Shown here one piece after another: positions 56,147 through 64,000 of a stretch of 64,000 nucleotides of DNA; position 1 is the first letter of the stretch, and every line of letters starts with the position of its first letter. Both the position numbers and the translations under genes were made by a program. Source of the stretch: an uncultured Pseudomonadota bacterium (lineage in GTDB: Bacteria; Babelota; Babeliae; Babelales; RVW-14); contig CAZBMD010000001.1 in assembly GCA_964493325.1 (NCBI GenBank), forward strand, positions 59,021 to 123,020, read 5' to 3'. The notes beneath the pieces were generated by a model. The model was not told the origin of the DNA. It worked only from the letters and a program-made list of their open reading frames with translations, and did no database searches.

Positions 56147-57001
56147 ATGAAGAGTCACCTATTTTCTGTATTTTTGATTTTCTCACTATTCCTAACCCCT
56201 TTACAATGCTGGAACGGTGAACAATATGATAGAGCATCTGATGCGCAATTTGCAGCAGGATTACAACTTATCCAGCAAGCACACCTAAAAGGCGATGAAA
56301 GAGTTCTTGATCTGGGATGCGGCACATGCAGGCTAGCAGCACACATTGCACAAAACTGCGTTCCTAACGGAAGCGTTGTTGCAATTGATAATAGCGAAAG
56401 CATGATTCAAAAATCTCTAGAAAAACAAGCAAATTCACCTATAGATAATCTTACTATAGAGCTCAGAGATGCTTGTAAACTTGATTATCACAAAGAATTT
56501 GATGTAGTCGTATCAGTCTTCTGCCTTCATTGGATTCAAGAGATAGAAAGCATGCAGCGAGCAATACAGGGAATTGCTCAAAGCTTAAAACCTGGAGGCA
56601 AGTTTTTTGCAGTCTTTAATCTACAAAGCACAGACGATGGATTAATACCACTTATCGGAGAAATGAAAAAAATTATACAATCTAATGCATGGTCTAATTG
56701 TTATGAAGGCAAAGTAGTCTTAGGTAATGATATTCCTCCCTATACTTATCAACAAATGCTAGAACGTTCAGGCTTTGAGGCGACCGTAACTACTTTTATA
56801 CCAGCAGTACCCAATCGAACTGAACAACAGCAAAAAGCCTCTCTTTTGGCTATCCCTTTAGGACAGGCAATTCCTTTGAACCGTCAGGAAGATTTTCTTA
56901 ATGAGGCACTTGCCATGTTTGAGAAAGCAGGAGCAAAAAATGAAGATGGTACGTATCGATTTATTCTTCCCTGTGGCATGATTACCGCCCTCAAAAAATA
57001 G
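56147..57001 (+). CDS. class I SAM-dependent methyltransferase with signal peptide (tandem paralog 2)
   Basis: Motif I is VLDLGCGTCRLAAHIA. Highly similar to 55256..56113 over the first 170 aa or so. Confidence 0.75.
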   Translation: MKSHLFSVFLIFSLFLTPLQCWNGEQYDRASDAQFAAGLQLIQQAHLKGDERVLDLGCGTCRLAAHIAQNCVPNGSVVAIDNSESMIQKSLEKQANSPIDNLTIELRDACKLDYHKEFDVVVSVFCLHWIQEIESMQRAIQGIAQSLKPGGKFFAVFNLQSTDDGLIPLIGEMKKIIQSNAWSNCYEGKVVLGNDIPPYTYQQMLERSGFEATVTTFIPAVPNRTEQQQKASLLAIPLGQAIPLNRQEDFLNEALAMFEKAGAKNEDGTYRFILPCGMITALKK

Positions 57002-57044
57002 AAATTAACAAAAAAAGGCAGCGTGCGCGCGCTCATTTAATGAT

Positions 57045-57073
57045 GGCTCACTTACTGAATAGGTGAGCCTTTC
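57045..57073 (+). terminator. possible terminator after the methyltransferase pair
   Basis: ggctcac-N11-gtgagcc followed by tttc. Confidence 0.35.
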
Positions 57074-57162
57074 TACAGTTTTACCTTGTTGATGAACTCA
57101 ATTCATGATACGATTCTCGGGAAAAATTGTTATCATTTTTTTTATGTCCGAGAAAGGGGATC

Positions 57163-57918
57163 ATGCAAAAAATAAAATCTTTATTCGTACTAACCAAAGC
57201 ATTTTTACTTTTAGGAACGTGGGCGACCATATCGCCAATGATAGAGGTTCCTGATGTTGTCAAAAAATATACCCAGCCGAACATTCTTGAGAGACATCTT
57301 TTAACCATACTTCGAAATAGAAATACAGGCACTCATCAGTTTCGGGAAGCAACTAATTTACTCACTCCATTTCTTGCTGCACGAACAGCCGAATGCGTTA
57401 ACGCAAGCAGAGTATCCGTTTCTACGCCTATTATGGATTGCACAGGAATAGAGGTAAAACAGGATATAGTTCTTATTCCTATCATGCGCTCTGGACTTGC
57501 TCTCCTTGAAGGATTTCAATGTTATTTTAAAAAAGCACGCGTTGGACACATGCTCATTCAACGGAATGAAGAAACAGCTGAAGCAGAGTTTAAGTATTTT
57601 AAAACTCCATCTCGCATGTCTGGGAAAAAAGTGGTCATTCTTGAGCCAATGATTGCTACAGGGGGAACATTGACCGTTGCAATAAATACTCTAGTCAACA
57701 CGGGCGTTAATGAAAGAGATATTATCATTGCAAGTGTTGTCGCAGCGCCAGAAGGGCTGCTTGCGCTGCAAGAAAAATTTCCAGCTATTTCTGTCGTCGT
57801 CATATCAATAGATGAAGGACTAACTAATCGAAAATACATTTCCCCTGGGCTTGGAGACTTTGGAGATCGATACTACGGCACCGAAGATGAAGGACCTGAG
57901 TATTTTGGTGGAGAATAG
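57163..57918 (+). CDS. upp: uracil phosphoribosyltransferase with hydrophobic N-terminal extension
   Basis: The ATG at 57163 follows aagggga. Has IPIMRSGLALLEG, ILEPMIATGGT (PRPP loop) and ISPGLGDFGDRYYGT. Carries about 35 extra N-terminal residues (MQKIKSLFVLTKAFLLLGTWATISP). Confidence 0.85.
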   Translation: MQKIKSLFVLTKAFLLLGTWATISPMIEVPDVVKKYTQPNILERHLLTILRNRNTGTHQFREATNLLTPFLAARTAECVNASRVSVSTPIMDCTGIEVKQDIVLIPIMRSGLALLEGFQCYFKKARVGHMLIQRNEETAEAEFKYFKTPSRMSGKKVVILEPMIATGGTLTVAINTLVNTGVNERDIIIASVVAAPEGLLALQEKFPAISVVVISIDEGLTNRKYISPGLGDFGDRYYGTEDEGPEYFGGE

Positions 57919-57926
57919 GTTTGAGA

Positions 57927-58943
57927 TTAGAAAATGATAAAACACCAAGTGATAAAAAATAGAATCCCTAAGCCAAATAAAGTCCACCAGGACAAGAAGC
58001 CAAAAAGAAAAGCAGATGCTCCAAGCGATAGAATAATTCCCATCACAGCAGTAAAAATAAGTACTTTATTTTTACTCCATCCCTTTTTTTGTAAATAAAT
58101 TGCAAAGTGATGAGGACTTCCGTGGTAGGGCAAAATGCCCAACCAGGTACGGATAACCACAAGACAAAAAACTTCAAGCAGTGGAATGCCTAAAACAACA
58201 GCAGGGGCGTAGTACGAATCCCATGATTGGGAGCTCCATGGAATCAACATAGGAATGGCAGCAAGAAACCCACCAATAAAAAGCGATCCTGCATCGCCTA
58301 GATAGATTTTTGCGGGCGGCTTGTTATACCAAAAAAATCCAGCAAGCGCCCCAATAAACGATGCTATCAAAAGACTGACAAGATATTCGCGAAGAGCAAG
58401 CGCAATCAGAAAAAATGAACAACCTGCAATCAGAGCAATGGATGAAGAAAGGCCGTCCATCACGTCAACAAGATTGAAAGCATTGATAACCGATAGCATC
58501 CAAAAAGCCGAAATACTTAAATTTATCATTGATGAAAAAAAGACAGCCTTGAGAGAAAATCCACCTTTGAGGAAACACAGAACAGCGATAACTTGCCCTA
58601 AAAACTTTTGTCCTGCTTTTAACACTTTAAGGTCATCGACAAGCCCAACAAACAACAAGAGAGTCGTGCCAAGCAGAAGCCATAAAACTTGATTTTCAAA
58701 CGGATAAGCAAGAGCGAGGGGGATTATGAATGCGAGGTAGACTGCAACGCCGCCAAGATAGGGGGTTGGCGTTTTGTGATTTTTTATTTTTCCATCTGGA
58801 ACATCAAGAATGCCAAGACGCGTTGCTGCTCGAATGATAATTGGAACAATATACAAAGACAATAACAACGATGCGACAAAACAAAATAAGTGTCGCTCAG
58901 CAACTGCATACATCACACTTCTCCTTACACCGTTTCTCCGCAC
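57927..58943 (-). CDS. polyprenyl-phosphate HexNAc-1-phosphate transferase (MraY/WecA family)
   Basis: 338 aa with about 10 TM segments. NAFNLVDVMDGLSS matches NA.N..DG.DGL. LGDAGSLFIGG is also present. Confidence 0.8.
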   Translation of the reverse strand: MRRNGVRRSVMYAVAERHLFCFVASLLLSLYIVPIIIRAATRLGILDVPDGKIKNHKTPTPYLGGVAVYLAFIIPLALAYPFENQVLWLLLGTTLLLFVGLVDDLKVLKAGQKFLGQVIAVLCFLKGGFSLKAVFFSSMINLSISAFWMLSVINAFNLVDVMDGLSSSIALIAGCSFFLIALALREYLVSLLIASFIGALAGFFWYNKPPAKIYLGDAGSLFIGGFLAAIPMLIPWSSQSWDSYYAPAVVLGIPLLEVFCLVVIRTWLGILPYHGSPHHFAIYLQKKGWSKNKVLIFTAVMGIILSLGASAFLFGFLSWWTLFGLGILFFITWCFIIF

Positions 58944-58946
58944 GTG

Positions 58947-60083
58947 TTAAAGCCTACTCCTCAGAAGCTTCATACAAGAAGAATACTCTTGCTGAGACAA
59001 AAATTCAAACCCAATCTTTAGAATATACCAAGGGATAGTTGCCAGAGAATTATCTGCTATCACAAGAGGCGCAATCTTACACCAATCTTTTTCTGTTGTA
59101 ATAATCCCACAACACCCCTGCTCACGAGATTTATTCGCAATGTCTTGAATATCTTTTTTGGTATAATCGTGATGATCTCCATATTCAATAGAAGCAGAAA
59201 CTGCAACCCCAAGTTGCTGCACACTACTTAAAAAATTAGAAAATGAACCAACCCCGGCACAAGCAGCAACTTGTTTCCCTTCAAAGATATCGCAAAAAAC
59301 CTCTTTGTTATTCGCGTCAAAAAGTCCTACCAGTGCGTGCCGGCCAGAATAAATTTTTTGTGAATCAAAACTGCTTAAATATTTGTGCTTCACTCGCCAC
59401 AACTCTTGCAAACTCACAGCATCTGCATGTGTTAAAATAATCAGATCAGCTCGAGAAATATCTTTTTCACGCAGCCTTCCTGCTGGCAGACAGTGCCCGT
59501 TTTCAAACGGATGACGAGCGTCAAGCAAAAGAATTTCTACATTTTTTTTTATTGCCTGATTTTGGTATGCATCATCAAGAACAACAAGATCTATCTCTTG
59601 CTCTAAATGTCGCATGCAGGATAATAAAAGCTTTAAAGATTCTACACGATTGGAACCAACAGCAACTGGAATGTGAAGATTTTTTGCAAGCATGAGCGGT
59701 TCGTCACCACTCAATCGAGCGTTACCAAGAATATGCTTGCCATCTGAAACCAAAAAGCTTTTATTACCATCGTCAGATTGTCGACCATAGCCTCGGCTAA
59801 CAATGGCGCAGCGCTTTTCAGTAAGTTGCTGCACAAGAAATTGCACAACAACCGATTTTCCAGTCCCTCCAACAGACAGATTACCTACAGAAATAACATG
59901 TCCAAAAAATTGATGCTGTTTTTGAAAGAAAATGCGAAAAAAAAATACCGTGCTGAATCCAGCACGGTATAAAATTTCTAAAAAACAAAGACTGTAAAAA
60001 ACGAGTAATTCAAGAGTTGTAAGCTTTTGTTTGCGAGCAGTTTTTTCCCATAAAGCAACAACAAATCTTGAAACAGGTTTCAC
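58947..60083 (-). CDS. lpxK: tetraacyldisaccharide 4'-kinase
   Basis: 378 aa with a GTG start. VISVGNLSVGGTGKSVVV matches the LpxK P-loop VGN...GGTGKTP. Confidence 0.85.
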   Translation of the reverse strand: MKPVSRFVVALWEKTARKQKLTTLELLVFYSLCFLEILYRAGFSTVFFFRIFFQKQHQFFGHVISVGNLSVGGTGKSVVVQFLVQQLTEKRCAIVSRGYGRQSDDGNKSFLVSDGKHILGNARLSGDEPLMLAKNLHIPVAVGSNRVESLKLLLSCMRHLEQEIDLVVLDDAYQNQAIKKNVEILLLDARHPFENGHCLPAGRLREKDISRADLIILTHADAVSLQELWRVKHKYLSSFDSQKIYSGRHALVGLFDANNKEVFCDIFEGKQVAACAGVGSFSNFLSSVQQLGVAVSASIEYGDHHDYTKKDIQDIANKSREQGCCGIITTEKDWCKIAPLVIADNSLATIPWYILKIGFEFLSQQEYSSCMKLLRSRL

Positions 60084-60099
60084 AGATTTTTACCAATTA

Positions 60100-62496
60100 T
60101 TATTGTTGTTTTTCTTTGACTTCGCTGTAAGCAATGACGACGTCATCTTCTGACCAATCATGAAAAACATCGGTCATAAAGGCACATTCAAAACCTGCAT
60201 GCACTTCTTTGACGGATTTTTTGTCACGTTGCAAGCTAGTGATCATACCTTCGCCTACAACTTTGCCGCCACGGGTACAGACAACTTTTGCTGTACGAGG
60301 AAGAATTCCATCACGCATGTAGCAACCAGCAATAACGCCAACGCCTTTAATGTTAAATACTTTTTTAACCAGAGCCTCGCCGCATTTTGCCCACGTCTTA
60401 ATAACTTCTTTTTTAGATATGAGAAGTTTTTCAAGATCATCAACAAGCGCATAGATAATCTGATACAGCTTTAAATCAACAAAGCGATCTTTGGCGCACA
60501 CTTGAGCATTCTTTTCGGCTTTAACGTGAAGACCAAGAACAAGAGCTCCTGTGTTTTCAGCAAGCTCAATGTCACTTTCGGAGATATCACCTATGCCACC
60601 AAGAATAACTTTAATCGAGCAGTTAATCTCTTTATGAGCTTTAACAATTTTCTCAATCGACTGCATTAATGCATCTTTTGAGCCACGAGTATCAGTTTTA
60701 ATAATTACTCGGATTTCTTTTTTAACCTGCTTTACATTATTCAGTGTTTGAAGTGTTGCCACTGGCTGAGCTTCTTGCTCAGAATATGTAGTTGTTGGTC
60801 TTGATGCTTTGGTTTTGAGGTACACGTCCATAGGAACCTGTGTAAGCCACTCGCCAATAGCTGCAAAGTTATCAAATCCAACAATTTGAACTGGAATTGA
60901 TGGACCAGCTTGCTTGATGCGTGCTCCATGAGAATTAATGAGCAGTCGAACTTTACCGGTGCTATTACCACAAACAAAATAATCACCTTGCTTCAGAGTA
61001 CCTTCGGTACAAATAACCGTAGCAACAGGGCCGTACCCTTTTTCAACACGTGATTCAAGGATATATGCTTTTGCCGGAGCTTGCGCGTCAGCCTTAAGTT
61101 CCATAAGTTGAGACTGAAGAACAATCATTTCGAGAAGCTCATCAATGCCTTGACCTGTTTTTGCCGAAATAGGAACAAAAACGGTCTGGCCACCCCAATC
61201 TTCTGACATCAAATTATGCTGAGCAAGCTGTCTTTTTATTGTTTCAATAGCCGACTGAGAGCTTACTTTATCAATTTTATTAATCGCAACAATGATAGGC
61301 ACTTGCGCTTCTTGAGCATGCTTGATTGCCTCGATTGTCTGAGGCTTAACGCCATCATCAGCAGCAACCATTAATATCGCAATATCAGTAATGCGAGAGC
61401 CACGCTGTCTAATTGATGTAAACGCTTCATGACCTGGCGTATCAAGAAAAATAATTTTTCCATGCGTGCTATCAACTTCGTAAGCACCAAGATGCTGAGT
61501 AATGCCGCCTTTTTCAGACGCTGCAATATTCATTTTTCGAACATAATCAAGAAATGTTGTTTTGCCATGATCAACATGGCCCATGACAACGGCAATAGGC
61601 CAACGAGTTGTTGCCTTGAGTGACGCTTGATCAGCTCTTTTAATATCTTGCGCTGTTGAAAGCTCTGGAGCTGCATTTTTTCTGGAACATTTAATGCCAA
61701 AGTTTTCAGCTACCGATTGAATCACCTCTTCTGAAAGCATATGGTTTCTGCTACATGGCATACCGCGCTTAAGAAGAGCAAGAATGATGTCGCCAACTGT
61801 TTTACCCAAAAGCGCTGCAACTTCAAATAGAGGCATACTCTTTTCAATGACAATCTCAGAAACAGGTGCGTGAATTTCTTCTGCTGCAGACCTTACTCGG
61901 TTGCGCTTTCGACCTCGTCCGCGACGGAATGGTCTTGCCGCACCTTTTTTATCTGCAAAACCTTTGCGTTGCAAAAGTTGATTGATACGATCTTGTCCCT
62001 TGAGAATATCCTCAGACAAAAAAGTATCTGCTACTTGACCGTCGATGTGAAAATTCAATTCACCGCTTGATGCTTTATGCAAAACATCTGCAACGGCTTG
62101 ATCATCTTCTTCTTCGGAGCTTTTACCTTGAAACCGCGCTGATGGTGAATACGCTTGTTTAGATTCTTGAGGATTTTGCTCATATTTTTTTGTAGGAGCC
62201 ACCAAGGGCGATTGTCGTGTTATCACTTTTTCAGATTCTTTTTTTATATCTTGCTTCGCAGAAGCAGGAATGGGAGATACAGATTTGATATTTTTTTGTG
62301 GCGCCGATGTGGCAGATTTTTTTTGCAAGTCGTCTTCTTTAACTGTTGGCTGGTGTGTTGTTTTTTTTACAAGATCAATGGCTTCGTCCGGAAGAATCGA
62401 CATATGACTCGGAAGACTGATCCCCCGCTTTTCAAGCAGCGAAAGAACTTCTTTGCTAGATAAACCCAATTCTTTGGCAATTTCGTACACTCGCAT
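60100..62496 (-). CDS. infB: translation initiation factor IF-2
   Basis: 798 aa. MRVYEIAKELGLSSKEVL at the N-terminus and GTPase motifs GHVDHGKTT, DTPGHEAF and NKID. Confidence 0.97.
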   Translation of the reverse strand: MRVYEIAKELGLSSKEVLSLLEKRGISLPSHMSILPDEAIDLVKKTTHQPTVKEDDLQKKSATSAPQKNIKSVSPIPASAKQDIKKESEKVITRQSPLVAPTKKYEQNPQESKQAYSPSARFQGKSSEEEDDQAVADVLHKASSGELNFHIDGQVADTFLSEDILKGQDRINQLLQRKGFADKKGAARPFRRGRGRKRNRVRSAAEEIHAPVSEIVIEKSMPLFEVAALLGKTVGDIILALLKRGMPCSRNHMLSEEVIQSVAENFGIKCSRKNAAPELSTAQDIKRADQASLKATTRWPIAVVMGHVDHGKTTFLDYVRKMNIAASEKGGITQHLGAYEVDSTHGKIIFLDTPGHEAFTSIRQRGSRITDIAILMVAADDGVKPQTIEAIKHAQEAQVPIIVAINKIDKVSSQSAIETIKRQLAQHNLMSEDWGGQTVFVPISAKTGQGIDELLEMIVLQSQLMELKADAQAPAKAYILESRVEKGYGPVATVICTEGTLKQGDYFVCGNSTGKVRLLINSHGARIKQAGPSIPVQIVGFDNFAAIGEWLTQVPMDVYLKTKASRPTTTYSEQEAQPVATLQTLNNVKQVKKEIRVIIKTDTRGSKDALMQSIEKIVKAHKEINCSIKVILGGIGDISESDIELAENTGALVLGLHVKAEKNAQVCAKDRFVDLKLYQIIYALVDDLEKLLISKKEVIKTWAKCGEALVKKVFNIKGVGVIAGCYMRDGILPRTAKVVCTRGGKVVGEGMITSLQRDKKSVKEVHAGFECAFMTDVFHDWSEDDVVIAYSEVKEKQQ

Positions 62497-62522
62497 GCTT
62501 TATTCACCTGAAAGCTAAAATT

Positions 62523-63623
62523 TTAAGCTCTTTCATCATCGCTCGACTCATCTGAATCACAAGAAATATCCTCATCAGAAGAAAGAATAGATGCTGATTC
62601 ACGATTCATTGGAGCAACATCTTGCAGTTGAATTTCAAGACCAACAAGACGCGATGCAAGCATAATGTTTTGTCCTAATTTTCCAATGGCATACGAACGC
62701 TGATCCTGAGCGAGCCACACAACAACTTTTCTATCGTCAACAAGCTCAACCTTGTCAATTTCGGCAGGTTTTAAGCTGTCGCGGACAAGATCTTCAATAT
62801 CATCCGTCCACTCTATTAAATCTATCTTTTCTTGTCCTAGTTCGCGCAAAATAGGCTTAATTCGAGCGCCTCCAACGCCAACACAGGTCCCAACAGGATC
62901 GATTTCTTTGCTTGTCGAAACAACAACAGCCTTGGTTTTGTAACCAGCAACTCGAACGATTTTTTTGATTTCAACAAGGCCTTCATAAACTTCGGGAATT
63001 TCTAGCTCAATCAGCTTTTTAACAAATTCTGACGAGGCCCGGTCAAGGATAAGTTGATAATCACCGCGCGCTACTGGCAACACTTCCTTAAGAAGTGCTT
63101 TAACAGGATAACCAACACGTGGCATCTCGCCTGGAACAAGGTTTTCTTGAGCCAATAAAGCAAGAACTTCGCCTATTTTTACCACAAAGCCAGCACGCTC
63201 TCTTTTGTGTACCATGCCGGTAATGATAGTATCTTTTCGGTCCTGAAACTCATTATAGACCGCAAGTTGCTCAAGATCTCGAATTTTACCAGCAATCATC
63301 TGCTTTGCCGCAAGAATTTCGATGCGACCAATGCCATCATCAAAAGGAACCTTGAGCAAATCGTTAACTTGAACCTTTGAGTCAATGGTTCGAGCTTTAC
63401 GCAAAGAAACTTCAACCTCGTCGTCATAAACGGACGATACTACTGTCTTTTCAGCATAAACGTCGAGCTGACCTGTTTTTTTATTAAACGAGATATCAAA
63501 GGTTGTTGCAGGGTATTTTTTGGCATAAGCAGCAAGGATTCCCTCACAAACAATTGATACAACTTTGTCTCTATCAAGACCTCGTTCTTCAACAAGACTG
63601 TCGATTACATCAGCAAGATTCAC
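62523..63623 (-). CDS. nusA: transcription termination/antitermination factor NusA
   Basis: 366 aa with a GTG start. Has an S1 domain and two KH domains (GVGGARIKPI, AIGKLGQNIMLASRL) plus an acidic tail. Confidence 0.93.
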   Translation of the reverse strand: MNLADVIDSLVEERGLDRDKVVSIVCEGILAAYAKKYPATTFDISFNKKTGQLDVYAEKTVVSSVYDDEVEVSLRKARTIDSKVQVNDLLKVPFDDGIGRIEILAAKQMIAGKIRDLEQLAVYNEFQDRKDTIITGMVHKRERAGFVVKIGEVLALLAQENLVPGEMPRVGYPVKALLKEVLPVARGDYQLILDRASSEFVKKLIELEIPEVYEGLVEIKKIVRVAGYKTKAVVVSTSKEIDPVGTCVGVGGARIKPILRELGQEKIDLIEWTDDIEDLVRDSLKPAEIDKVELVDDRKVVVWLAQDQRSYAIGKLGQNIMLASRLVGLEIQLQDVAPMNRESASILSSDEDISCDSDESSDDERA

Positions 63624-63768
63624 GATCGTTATTACCTTTTAGAAAGAGCGTTGAACTGGAAACGGTAGATCTTTAGCACCAACTATAAGCGCTGTGATAT
63701 TCTCAAGTCTAGAACAAAAACAAAAAAAGTGAAGTCCCCTCTCTTTTCTTGTTTCTTCTCAGGTCTTC

Positions 63769-63819
63769 TTATTATTTAAGTTTATTATTTAATTAAGAAT
63801 TAAATTAATAGTAATAAGG
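63769..63819. repeat. AT-rich tract (about 90% AT) with two TTATTATTTAA repeats 13 bp apart (DUE-like)
   Basis: ttattatttaa occurs at 63769-63779 and 63782-63792. Only 5 G and no C were counted in 51 nt. Confidence 0.6.
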
Positions 63820-63830
63820 AAGCCGTTTTT

Positions 63831-63938
63831 TGTGGATAACTTTGTTTTTTTAGCTAATTATGTTGGCCTGGTCGTTGTTTTAACGATTTTTGCAATTGTG
63901 GATAACATGTGGATAACTTGTTAATAACTTGTTGATAA
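63831..63938 (+). promoter_or_regulatory. DnaA-box cluster (candidate oriC or DnaA-regulated region)
   Basis: TGTGGATAA (the complement of TTATCCACA) at 63831, 63897 and 63908, TGTTAATAA at 63919 and TGTTGATAA at 63930. The last four are head-to-tail at exact 11-bp spacing. Confidence 0.65.
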
Positions 63939-64000
63939 CTTTTTGTCATCGCTTGGATTATTGATCTGGAAGGCATATCCATTATCTGTACTTTTCATAT

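Overview
This is a low-GC, gene-dense bacterial chromosome segment. I count about 50 credible protein genes, one tRNA-Glu(CUC) and one tmRNA. I saw no rRNA, CRISPR array, transposase or integrase.

The backbone is diderm housekeeping:
- Outer membrane and LPS: bamA plus a second large Omp85 protein, waaA, lpxK, a wecA/mraY-like transferase, and wecB-wecC with a two-domain oxidoreductase.
- Core functions: mutL, nrdAB, groESL, nusA-infB, ppsA, dapF, cysK-like, rsmA, nfo, upp, brnQ and a partial tsaB at the left edge.

Interspersed are lineage-specific genes for signal-peptide proteins, several in tandem paralog pairs. There are also eukaryote-like domain proteins: a 7-blade WD40 protein, an ankyrin plus C4HC3 zinc-finger protein, and a 939-aa coiled-coil protein. 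Together with overlapping gene ends and a Chlamydia-type class Ic NrdB, this suggests a host-associated or intracellular diderm, possibly Dependentiae/TM6-like. That placement is inference only.

Most notable observations:
1. A stand-alone Fo-type locus (small membrane protein, a-subunit, and a 319-aa c-subunit made of four fused hairpins that all keep the carboxylate) with no F1 or stalk genes beside it.
2. Two instances of the same architecture, in which a single secreted-protein gene sits between a housekeeping gene (nrdB, dapF) and a decayed duplicate of that gene's 3' end. This looks like att-type or Campbell-type insertion scars. A possible cargo-less third case lies after brnQ.
3. A phased array of DnaA boxes plus an AT-rich repeat tract upstream of nusA, a candidate oriC.
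4. An NrdB with the class Ic signature (Phe at the radical-Tyr site, Glu at the first metal ligand).
5. A signal-peptide ACC-deaminase/D-Cys-desulfhydrase homolog lacking the PLP lysine.

All coordinates and motifs were read by eye from the sequence and the ORF track. No database search was run.
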